A stretch of DNA of 64,000 bases from NCBI GenBank assembly GCA_013812695.1, contig JACCSZ010000248.1, positions 5,556 through 69,555 of the forward strand, in the 5' to 3' direction. Position numbers and translations under genes: made by a program. Positions 34,029 through 41,936 of the stretch are shown in pieces. This DNA comes from Gemmatimonadales bacterium. GTDB lineage: Bacteria; Gemmatimonadota; Gemmatimonadetes; Gemmatimonadales; GWC2-71-9. The notes under the pieces were generated by a model, which was given only the letters and a program-made list of their open reading frames with translations, did not search any database and was not told the origin of the DNA. Within the stretch, counting starts at the first letter, position 1. Each line of letters starts with the position of its first letter.

Positions 34029-34087
34029 ATGACCCCAGCCCTAGATTACCTTGGAAGTCCATCGCCCCCAACCCACCGCCCCGAGAG

Positions 34088-35560
34088 ATGTGCATGCCCT
34101 CGCGCCCTCCCGCCCTCGTTGTTGCCGCGTTGCTGCTGCTGGCCACGCTGCCGTTCACGGGCTGCGGCGGCGGCACCGAGTCGGAGGTCCCCACCGCGGT
34201 CGCGCTGAGCTCTGCCTCGGTGTCGCTCACGGCCATCGGCGAGTCCGAGCGTCTCACGGCGACCGTGCGCGACCAGGCTGGCGCGATCATCGAACAGCCT
34301 TCGATTACGTGGACCTCCACCAACGCCGCCGTGGCGGCGGTCGATGATTCGGGCCAGGTGACCGCGACGGGGGGCGGCACCGCCAGAATCGACGCGACGG
34401 CCGGCTCCGCCTCGGCGAACGCCGACGTCACGGTGGTGCAGACCCCCGCCCAGCTCCAGAAGGCCGGAGGCGATCTCCAGGCGGCCAATGTGGGTCAGGC
34501 GCTGCTCACGCCGATCAGCGTGCGGGTGCTCGACGCGAACGACGCCGGGATCCCGGGTGCCCTCGTCACCTTCGACGTCGATCCCGGCCGGGGCACGCTG
34601 GCGAATGCGAGCGCCACGACCGGGCTCGATGGCATCGCGTCCACGTCGCTCACCCTGCTCGCGTCCGGTACGGTCCAGGTGACCGCCGCCGTCGCGGCCA
34701 CGGCGCTCACGGCCACGTTCACCGCGACCGGCGTCTCGCCGTTCGCGATCGAGCTCCAGTTCATCTCGACGCCCACGTCCACGCAGCGAGAGGCCCTACT
34801 CGCCGCGAGGGATCGCTGGCAGAGTCTGATCACGAGCGAGCTGAGCGATGTCGCCTTGAACGCGCTGCCCGGGCAGTGCGGCGAAGGCTCGCCGGCGGTG
34901 AACCGCACGGTGGACGATCTGCTGATCCTCGTCAACCTGGGGCCCATCGATGGCCCGGGCAGCGTGCTGGGCGCGGCTGGCCCCTGCTTCATCCGCAACG
35001 TCAGCAAGCTGACCGCGATGGGCGTGATGCAATTCGACACCGACGACCTGGAGGTCATCGAGGGCGCCGGACTGCTGCAGGCGCTGATCCTGCACGAGAT
35101 GGGACACGTCCTGGGCTTTGGGACGCTGTGGACCGACCTCGGGCTGCTCGCCGATCCGGCGGGCGTGGCCGGCGCCGACCCGCACTTCACCGGGGCGCAG
35201 GCCACCATCGCGTTCGACGCCGACGGAGGATCGGGCTACGCTCGTGGGCTCAAGGTCCCCGTCGAGGATTCCGGCAGCGCCGGCACGGTCAACTCCCACT
35301 GGCGCGAATCGGTGTTCGGGCGCGAGCTTATGACGGGGTTCGTGGACGCCGGGCTCAACCCGCTGAGCCGGACTACGGTGGGATCCCTGGCCGACCTGGG
35401 CTACACCGTCAACCTCGCCGGGGCCGATGCCTACACGCTGCTGCCGGGGCTCAGAGCGTTCAGCGGCGGCCGGAAATTCGCGCTCGCCGACGATCTGCTC
35501 CGGATACCGGTCCGGGTGGTGGATGACGCTGGGCGGATCCAGCGGTTGGTCACACCGTGA
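34088..35560 (+). CDS. lipoprotein with Ig-like (Big_2-type) domains and a leishmanolysin-like (M8) zinc metalloprotease domain
   Basis: Lipobox LPFTGC. Ig-like repeats (SVSLTAIGESERLTATVRD...VTATGGGTARI). The catalytic motif ILHEMGHVLGFG is followed by NSHW. Confidence 0.75.
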   Translation: MCMPSRPPALVVAALLLLATLPFTGCGGGTESEVPTAVALSSASVSLTAIGESERLTATVRDQAGAIIEQPSITWTSTNAAVAAVDDSGQVTATGGGTARIDATAGSASANADVTVVQTPAQLQKAGGDLQAANVGQALLTPISVRVLDANDAGIPGALVTFDVDPGRGTLANASATTGLDGIASTSLTLLASGTVQVTAAVAATALTATFTATGVSPFAIELQFISTPTSTQREALLAARDRWQSLITSELSDVALNALPGQCGEGSPAVNRTVDDLLILVNLGPIDGPGSVLGAAGPCFIRNVSKLTAMGVMQFDTDDLEVIEGAGLLQALILHEMGHVLGFGTLWTDLGLLADPAGVAGADPHFTGAQATIAFDADGGSGYARGLKVPVEDSGSAGTVNSHWRESVFGRELMTGFVDAGLNPLSRTTVGSLADLGYTVNLAGADAYTLLPGLRAFSGGRKFALADDLLRIPVRVVDDAGRIQRLVTP

Positions 35561-36180
35561 GGCGCATCCGGGGCCGTCGGCACCTGGAGGCGTGTGGGCT
35601 CGCATTGGGAGCGCTGGCGCTGGCCTGTACCGCGAAGCAGCCGGAGGCGCGCGCGCCCATCGACACATGTCCCCCCGCCAGCGGTCAACTCGCCGCGTCG
35701 GCGGTGGCCGACGGCATGGCCGGCGACTACCGCCTCCACCTCGTCGCGACCACCGGCCCGGACTCGGGTGCCGCCGTGAACGGGCGACTCGCGCTCAGCG
35801 AGCCCCCCGACACGCTGCGACAGCCGGCACCGGTGCTCGGCATCCAGGACACGAAGACCCGGTATCCACTGAGCGGAACCGTAGAGCTCGACCGGGTGGC
35901 GCTCGGAGCGGTGAACACCGGGGCGCTGGGCTCGACGGACCGCCGCGCCCCGGGCGTGCTCCTGATCGAGCGGCACACCGGTCGGCCCGGCGCGCCCGCG
36001 CAGATCATGCTCCGGCTCGGTGCCGAAGCGAACCGGCGCGGACTGGTGCGCTACGACGGCGGCTATTTCGCGCTCACCGTACGGAGCCTTCACGCATCGG
36101 GCTTTGCCGGAACCTGGGCCAGCGGTGCTCTCGGCCCGGCCGCGGCCGGCCACTTCTGTGCGGAACGCACGGGTCCGTAG
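35557..36180 (+). CDS. hypothetical lipoprotein
   Basis: The GTG start forms a GTGA overlap with the upstream stop. Lipobox LALAC. I recognise no family. Confidence 0.5.
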   Translation: MRRIRGRRHLEACGLALGALALACTAKQPEARAPIDTCPPASGQLAASAVADGMAGDYRLHLVATTGPDSGAAVNGRLALSEPPDTLRQPAPVLGIQDTKTRYPLSGTVELDRVALGAVNTGALGSTDRRAPGVLLIERHTGRPGAPAQIMLRLGAEANRRGLVRYDGGYFALTVRSLHASGFAGTWASGALGPAAAGHFCAERTGP

Positions 36181-36213
36181 CGCGCGAACAGCGCCACGTG
36201 CGCCCCTACCGAT

Positions 36214-36253
36214 ACGACGACGAGCCCGTCCAGAGGGACGGGCCCGTCGTCGT
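36214..36253. terminator. 18-bp stem / 4-nt loop hairpin between a plus-strand CDS and the tmRNA 3' end (bidirectional terminator candidate, no U-tract)
   Basis: ACGACGACGAGCCCGTCC-AGAG-GGACGGGCCCGTCGTCGT, with one mismatch. It lies 5 nt beyond the tmRNA 3' end. Confidence 0.5.
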
Positions 36254-36258
36254 GCAAG

Positions 36259-36623
36259 TGGAGGCGCAGGGAATCGAACCCTGGTCCGAGTAAGCTTCCA
36301 GAACCGCGTCTACGTGCGTAGGCTCGTCTTCTTGCCGTCGCCTCGGGTCGGTGCCGAACCGACCTCCCCTCGGCCTAGCTCCTGAACGATCTCACCGCCT
36401 GCGCCGGAGCGACGCGCGCGGCCAGCCCGGGTTTGCGATTCGACGGGAGGCGCTCCGGGCGGGCTCCACCAGCCGAAGGCGCGTCAAGCGAGCTTAGCTC
36501 AGCTTACGCGGCCAGTGCCAGTTCAGTATTGGCAGTTAAATCGTTCCAGATGGTTTTACCAGGACTCTGGACCTGGGCACGCTGCCATTCCTTCTACGAA
36601 CCCGTCGAAGCCAAGTCGCCCCC
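36259..36623 (-). ncRNA. ssrA: tmRNA (transfer-messenger RNA)
   Basis: The 5' end GGGGGCGACUUGGCUUCGACGGG pairs with the 3' end GGGUUCGAUUCCCUGCGCCUCCA, giving an acceptor stem with a G3:U wobble and a T-arm. The tag ORF at 36533..36504 reads GCC AAT ACT GAA CTG GCA CTG GCC GCG TAA, which is ANTELALAA. Total length is ~365 nt. Confidence 0.9.
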
Positions 36624-36628
36624 GTGGT

Positions 36629-36664
36629 ATCAGGAATTATAGACGGAAGGACGGAAAGACGGAA
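36629..36664 (-). promoter_or_regulatory. candidate ssrA promoter (TATAAT -10 box at 36641..36636; weak -35 TTCCGT)
   Basis: On the minus strand, CCGTCTATAATTCCTGATACCAC reads directly into the tmRNA 5' end. The -10 hexamer matches the consensus exactly. The -35 falls inside the octamer repeats. Confidence 0.35.
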
Positions 36665-36761
36665 GGACGGAACGACGGAAGGACGTCTCCCTCGGGCGCT
36701 TCCGTGCTCACCCTTTCCAGCTTTCCCAGTATCCGCCATCCGTCTTTCCGTCCTTCCGTCT
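36641..36761. repeat. octamer tandem array (NGACGGAA x ~6) plus an inverted partial copy, forming a 22-bp perfect inverted repeat with a 77-nt spacer
   Basis: Left arm AGACGGAAGGACGGAAAGACGG at 36641..36662, with the array continuing to ~36686. Right arm CCGTCTTTCCGTCCTTCCGTCT at 36740..36761. Read directly. Confidence 0.8.
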
Positions 36762-36768
36762 TTCCCAC

Positions 36769-38223
36769 TCACTTCCCCGCCCGCTCCACCCGGTTCCGGC
36801 CACTGTTCTTGGCCACGTAGAGCGCCGCATCCGCCTGGGCCGGCAGCGCCCTGAGCGTGCGGCCGGTTTCCGGACAGGCCGCCACCCCGAACGACGCGCT
36901 GAGCGGCCACGGGCGTCCGTTCCAGTCCCAGGGCGTGGTGCCCAGCTTGATCCGGATGCGCTCGGCGATCCGGGCGCCGACCTCCAGCTCCGCCTTGGGA
37001 AGCCAGACCGCGAACTCTTCCCCGCCGATCCGCGCGGCGATATCGCCGGTCCGGATCTGCCCTTGGATGATCCGCGCGAAGTGCATGAGGGCCGCGTCCC
37101 CTGCCGGGTGTCCGAGAGTATCGTTGAGCAGCTTGAAGCGGTCGAGGTCGGCGTACACGAGCGCTCCCGGACGCGGACCGCGCGGTGGCTCCGCCTGCGC
37201 CACCAGCTCATCGAACTTCCGGCGATTGGCCAGACCGGTCAGCCGATCGGAGCTCGCATGGGCAGTCCGCTGGTCTGCCTCGAGCGCGCGGGCCAGCCGA
37301 GGTCCGGCGCTGGCGAGCGCCTCGGTCAGTTCGGCGAGCGCGGCGCCGATGGGCTCGCGCCCGCCGGGCAGCCACATGGCGACCGCGCCGAACGCCAGGT
37401 CGCCTACCAGGACCGGCCAGAGCATGACGGTGCCGGGGCTCTGTCGCCGGTCGGCGACGACGCCGCCGAGCGGATCGCCATGCATCGTGAGCGTCGGCGC
37501 TTCGCCGCGGGCGACTCGGGCGAGATCGCTGATCTCCGGCACCACGGTGTCGAGCAGCCGGCGGTCGCCGCGACCGGAGACGCCCACGACCCGAACCGGC
37601 GCGAGGGGTGGGAGCCCCCCATCCGGCGCGTGCTCGCTCGGCGCTTCGGTCGCGGCTACGATGACCTGCGCGTCGAGCACGCGCTCGAGCTGATACGCCA
37701 GGCGCAGTCCGACGCTCCCCGTCGATTCCAGTGATGCCTCGTGACTCTGGGACTGCGCCAGCGCCACCACCTGAGGCCGCCGCCGCACGCCGTCGAGCAG
37801 GCGGCGCAGATCGGCCTCGACCAGCCCGATCCGGCTCGCGTCGAACCCTTCGGGCAGGAGCAGGGCGACCGCCGTTCCGGCGGCGGCGTGGAAGACCAGC
37901 GTCCCACCTTCCATGCGCTCCGCCCCGCTCTGCTCGTGGTCGCGGGCGCGCTCGAGCCGCCTGTCGACTGACGCGATCTGGGCGACCGAGAGCCGTTCCG
38001 CGTCGACGATCCGCTCGGCGTGCGGCCCCTCCTCCCGCGGGTCGAGCTCCGCTACCCACACCCCGATGGCGCCGTATGCCCGACGGAGCCACTCGAGCGC
38101 CGGGTCTGGCAGCATCTGCGGCCCGACGCCCGGGGCGAGTGATGGAGCGACGCGGCGGCGGGCGAGCGCCCAACCCGCCGCCGCACCGGCCAGCGCCACC
38201 AGCATCGCGGCCAAGACGCTCAC
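36769..38223 (-). CDS. membrane-anchored diguanylate cyclase (GGDEF domain with RxxD I-site)
   Basis: GTG at 38223 forms a GTGA overlap with the corA stop. An N-terminal TM helix and a sensory region precede LTGLANRRKF...DLDRFKLLND..GH..GD...RTGDIAARIGGEEFAVWLP. Confidence 0.8.
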   Translation of the reverse strand: MSVLAAMLVALAGAAAGWALARRRVAPSLAPGVGPQMLPDPALEWLRRAYGAIGVWVAELDPREEGPHAERIVDAERLSVAQIASVDRRLERARDHEQSGAERMEGGTLVFHAAAGTAVALLLPEGFDASRIGLVEADLRRLLDGVRRRPQVVALAQSQSHEASLESTGSVGLRLAYQLERVLDAQVIVAATEAPSEHAPDGGLPPLAPVRVVGVSGRGDRRLLDTVVPEISDLARVARGEAPTLTMHGDPLGGVVADRRQSPGTVMLWPVLVGDLAFGAVAMWLPGGREPIGAALAELTEALASAGPRLARALEADQRTAHASSDRLTGLANRRKFDELVAQAEPPRGPRPGALVYADLDRFKLLNDTLGHPAGDAALMHFARIIQGQIRTGDIAARIGGEEFAVWLPKAELEVGARIAERIRIKLGTTPWDWNGRPWPLSASFGVAACPETGRTLRALPAQADAALYVAKNSGRNRVERAGK

Positions 38224-39164
38224 TCGCGCAGCCACCCGCGCCGGCGCACCCACAGATAGATCGCCAGCACGATCAGCCCCATGACGGCGAGGACCGCGGG
38301 ATAGCCCCAGGGCCAACGCAGTTCGGGCATGAAGTCGAAGTTCATGCCGTAGACGCCTACCACGAACGTGAGTGGCAGAAAGAACACCGAGAAGACGGTG
38401 AGGATCCGCATGACCTCGCCGGTCCGGTGGGCGGCCAGCGCGAGCTGGACGTTGAGCAAAGTGTTCGCGTCGTCGAGCAGCTCGTCGGCGTAGAAGTGGA
38501 GGCTCTCGACGTTCTCGTGCACGTCCCGGAACAGCGAGGCGGCGCGGCCCGTGGGGGGCGTCATCCGCTGCACCACGTCGAGGGTGCGCCAGAGCAGCCG
38601 CTTGATCAGGGTCACCTGGCGTTTGAGCACGTGGATCTCACGCAGACGCTCCGCGAACGCGTGCGAGTCGGAGTCTCGACCGGAAAACACCTGCTCCTCG
38701 AAGGCGTCGATGCGCGATTCGATCTGCTCCATCGGGCGCAGGTAGCTGTCGACGGCGCCGTTCAGCACGTGGGTCAACAGGTAGGTCTGCAACCCCTCCT
38801 TGCCCGGACGTACGGCGTGCCCGGCCTCGAAGCGCGTCCGCAGTGCCGCGAGCCACGGCTGCTCGGTGCGATGGATCGTGATGAGGAACGAGGGCCCGGA
38901 GAAGAGCGCGATCTTCCGCGTCAGTTCCTGCACCGTGCCGCAGGTGCGGGCCGACTGCTCGTCGAAGGCGCGAATGATGACGAAGACATGGGTGTCGAAC
39001 TGCTCGAACTTGGGAAGGTGCTCGGGATCGAGGCAATCCTGCACCGCGGTGGACTGGAGCCCATGGGTGCGGGCGATCTCCAGCAGCTCCTCGGGAGCGG
39101 GTTGCACCACGTCGAGCCAGACCAGCGGCGGATCGGCGCGCTGGAGGACCGTGCGCACGCTCAT
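38220..39164 (-). CDS. corA: CorA-family divalent cation (Mg/Co/Ni) transporter
   Basis: The ATG at 39164 (314 aa) forms an ATGA overlap with the larB stop. The C-terminal TM pair carries the YGMNF signature. Confidence 0.9.
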   Translation of the reverse strand: MSVRTVLQRADPPLVWLDVVQPAPEELLEIARTHGLQSTAVQDCLDPEHLPKFEQFDTHVFVIIRAFDEQSARTCGTVQELTRKIALFSGPSFLITIHRTEQPWLAALRTRFEAGHAVRPGKEGLQTYLLTHVLNGAVDSYLRPMEQIESRIDAFEEQVFSGRDSDSHAFAERLREIHVLKRQVTLIKRLLWRTLDVVQRMTPPTGRAASLFRDVHENVESLHFYADELLDDANTLLNVQLALAAHRTGEVMRILTVFSVFFLPLTFVVGVYGMNFDFMPELRWPWGYPAVLAVMGLIVLAIYLWVRRRGWLRE

Positions 39165-39910
39165 TCGCGGCAGATCCGGCTGGCCGCGGCCGCCGCCCCG
39201 AAGCCGTTGTCGATATTCACCACGGTCACGCCCGCGGCGCACGAGTTGAGCATGCCGAGCAGTGCCGCCAGTCCGCCGAACGACGCGCCGTAGCCCACGC
39301 TCGTCGGCACCGCGATGACCGGCACGGCCACCAGCCCGCCGACTACGCTCGGGAGCGCGCCTTCCATGCCCGCGACGACGATCACGACCCGCGCGCGCTG
39401 CAGCACGTCGGCGGCGGCGAGCAGCCGGTGGAGGCCCGCCACCCCGACGTCCATCAGCCGCTCGACACGCGTGCCGAGCGCCTCCGCCACGACCGCCGCT
39501 TCCTCGGCCACCGGCAGGTCGCTCGTCCCCGCCGAAACGACGAGCACGGGACCCGCGGTGGGCGGCGGCGCATCCGTCGCGGCCAGGTAGACGGTGCGCG
39601 CCACTGGGCTCCACGCGACCCGCGGAAACCGTTGGCAGAGGGCCGCGGCCATCAGCTCCGACGCGCGGGTGCCCAGGAACGAGCCGGTGGCGGCCTCGAG
39701 CCGCTCGCAGATGGCCACGACCTGCTCGACGGTCTTCCCTTCGCAGAAGACGACCTCGGGCTGCCCCTGTCGCAGGGCGCGATGGTGATCGATGCGGGCA
39801 AAGGCGAGGTCTTCGTACGGCAGGTGGCGCAGGCGCTCGACCGCCGCGCCCGGCGACAGTCGGCCGGCGGCGACGTCGGCAAGCACGGCTTCGAGCTGCT
39901 CGGGTCTCAC
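39161..39910 (-). CDS. larB: LarB-like (PurE-fold) nickel-pincer cofactor biosynthesis carboxylase/hydrolase
   Basis: GTG at 39910 forms a GTGA overlap with the dus stop. VLVVSAGTSDLPVAEEA...VIVVAGMEGALPSVVGGL...PVIAVPTSVGYG is the LarB/NCAIR-mutase-like pattern. Confidence 0.75.
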   Translation of the reverse strand: MRPEQLEAVLADVAAGRLSPGAAVERLRHLPYEDLAFARIDHHRALRQGQPEVVFCEGKTVEQVVAICERLEAATGSFLGTRASELMAAALCQRFPRVAWSPVARTVYLAATDAPPPTAGPVLVVSAGTSDLPVAEEAAVVAEALGTRVERLMDVGVAGLHRLLAAADVLQRARVVIVVAGMEGALPSVVGGLVAVPVIAVPTSVGYGASFGGLAALLGMLNSCAAGVTVVNIDNGFGAAAAASRICRE

Positions 39911-40890
39911 GCCACCGCGGCGGCCGGCTCGAGATACTCGAGGAAGATGCCCTCGGCTTCCGCGATCGATTCGATCTGGAAGAGGCGCTGCCGGAGCGCA
40001 CTGGCTCCCGCTACGCCCCTGGTGTACCAGCCGAGGTGTTTGCGGAACTCGACCACCGTCTTGCGGGAGTCGCCTTGAAGGCGAAGCGCGAGCCGGGCGT
40101 GCTCCAATGCCACGCGGAAGCGCTCGGCCGGGGCCGGCGGCGGCGGGGGCGCGCGCCCGTCGAGCAGGGCGCGGCCGTCGCGAAACAGCCACGGGTTGCC
40201 GAACGCGCCCCGGCCGATCATGATGCCGGCGCACCCGGTATGGTCACGCATGCGCACGAGGTCGTCGGCCGTGGTGACATCGCCATTCCCGATGACGGGA
40301 ATGGCGAGCGCTTCCGCCACCCGCGCGATCTCATCCCAGTCGGCCGTGCCCGAGAACATCTGCGTGCGCGTCCGCGCGTGCAGCGTGAACGCGCGCGCGC
40401 CGGCGTCCTGCATGCGGAGCGCGATGCCGACCGGATCGCGCTGGTCGTCGCTCCAGCCGCTGCGCGCCTTGACCGTCACCGGCAGATGCGTGGCGCCGAC
40501 CACGGCCCGCACGATGCGGCTCACCAGGTCGAGGTCGCGCAGACAGCCGGAACCGCCGTTCCGCTGCACCACCTTCTTGACCGGACAACCGAAGTTGATG
40601 TCGATGAACTCGGGGCGATAATGCTCCGTGATCAGCCCGGCCGCCTCGGCCATGGCGTTCGGATCTGCGCCGTAGATCTGGATACCGATCGGCCGCTCGA
40701 CCTCCTCGAACTCGGCGCCCTCCAGCGTACTCCGGATCCGGCGGCGAATCGCCTCGGAGGACAGGAACTCGGACAGCACGACGTCGGCGCCCATCCGCCG
40801 GCAGACCTGGCGGAACGGCGGCTCGGAGACCCCGGCCATCGGCGCGAGGAGGAGCGGGAACTGATGCGCGGAGACGTAGGGCAACTGCAT
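39907..40890 (-). CDS. tRNA-dihydrouridine synthase
   Basis: Internal ATG (aa 21 of ORF 39907..40950). LLLAPMAGVSEPPFR...DINFGCPVKKV...GSGCL...VTVKARSGW. Confidence 0.85.
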   Translation of the reverse strand: MQLPYVSAHQFPLLLAPMAGVSEPPFRQVCRRMGADVVLSEFLSSEAIRRRIRSTLEGAEFEEVERPIGIQIYGADPNAMAEAAGLITEHYRPEFIDINFGCPVKKVVQRNGGSGCLRDLDLVSRIVRAVVGATHLPVTVKARSGWSDDQRDPVGIALRMQDAGARAFTLHARTRTQMFSGTADWDEIARVAEALAIPVIGNGDVTTADDLVRMRDHTGCAGIMIGRGAFGNPWLFRDGRALLDGRAPPPPPAPAERFRVALEHARLALRLQGDSRKTVVEFRKHLGWYTRGVAGASALRQRLFQIESIAEAEGIFLEYLEPAAAVA

Positions 40891-40964
40891 GGGCAGAAAA
40901 TACTTGGCGGCTGCGCCCCGGGCAATGGAACCGGGTCGGCCGCCGGGCACGCCGCTCCGCCGCG

Positions 40965-41903
40965 CTAGGACCCGACAGCCACCGCGCTTCTCGCGGCCAG
41001 CGCGTCCAGATTTGCCCGGACCATGAACGACAGCACCTCGCGCGCCGACTCCTCGGAGAACACTCGAGCTTCCGGCAGCACCCGATCGAGGAGCGGTATC
41101 GGGCCGGCGCGCTGCCGAGCCAGGCGGGTGAGGTAGGTCGGTGCCGTCTCGGGGATGGCGTCGAGGTCATCGCGCCCGAGCACCAAGGTCCGAAAGTTCG
41201 TCCCATCCGGGGCGTCGGCGAACATCCGCCTCAACTTCCGCTCGAACCGCGGATCGGCGACCACGAAGTACACCGTCGTGTCGCGCAGCCGGCGGGCCAC
41301 TTCGGTGAAGAGGTCGGTGCACATGGTAATCACGATTTTCGGAATGCCCAGGGTCGCCTCCAAGCGCTCCGCCGCGACTTTGTGAAACAGGGTGGTGACG
41401 AGGACGTCGGCTTGGCGGAGCGATGGGGGAAGCCTCGACTCCGCACCCAGCGACGTGAGATCGACGGCGCTGGCTTCGATACCGTAGTCGCGCTCCAGCT
41501 CGGCGGGGATGGAGTGGAGCTGGTCGTCGTTGCACTCGAGGACCGCGGCACGGATGCGCAGGGTTTCCAACGAGCGTTGCAGCCGGTCGGGCACCGTTGA
41601 CGCCCGCACCCCTCGCCGAAGTCCCTGCACCAGGATGTCCACCATCCAGTCGGGGGGTGCGCCGTCGGCGCGCGTCGGGGCAGCTTGCGCAAGGAAGACC
41701 CCGGAACGGGGCCGCAGCTCCACCAAGCCCTCGACCTCGAGGATCCGGTATGCCGCCAGGATTACCCGTGGGTCGGCGCCGAGCTCGCGAGCGAGGAGGC
41801 GGACGCTGGGAAGCCGGCCGCGCTGCTGGTACACGCCCAGGTGCAGGCCGGTGAAGAGCCGTCCCCGCAGCAGATTGGCGATCTCGGTACGTCGCTGCAA
41901 CAT
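40965..41903 (-). CDS. GntR-family transcriptional regulator with unrecognised ~230-aa C-terminal domain (paralog A)
   Basis: The N-terminal wHTH is RLPSVRLLARELGADPRVILAAYRILEVEGLVELRPRSGVFL. The C-terminal domain does not resemble FadR/HutC/MocR/YtrA effector domains by eye. Confidence 0.75.
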   Translation of the reverse strand: MLQRRTEIANLLRGRLFTGLHLGVYQQRGRLPSVRLLARELGADPRVILAAYRILEVEGLVELRPRSGVFLAQAAPTRADGAPPDWMVDILVQGLRRGVRASTVPDRLQRSLETLRIRAAVLECNDDQLHSIPAELERDYGIEASAVDLTSLGAESRLPPSLRQADVLVTTLFHKVAAERLEATLGIPKIVITMCTDLFTEVARRLRDTTVYFVVADPRFERKLRRMFADAPDGTNFRTLVLGRDDLDAIPETAPTYLTRLARQRAGPIPLLDRVLPEARVFSEESAREVLSFMVRANLDALAARSAVAVGS

Positions 41904-41936
41904 CCTGCCTCCTCGATCTGCTCGGGCTCCGGTGAC

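Noticed and set aside
33898-36258. tmRNA-targeted genomic island downstream of the ssrA 3' end
   Set aside because: I looked for a direct repeat of the tmRNA 3' end (…GGTTCGATTCCCTGCGCCTCCA) in the AT-rich region at 33.9-34.1 kb and saw none. No integrase is present. I kept only a weak note in the AT-rich-region finding.
36641-36761. Possible CRISPR array or minisatellite near tmRNA
   Set aside because: The repeat unit is only 8 nt, with no spacers and no cas genes. It is reported as an octamer array / inverted repeat instead.
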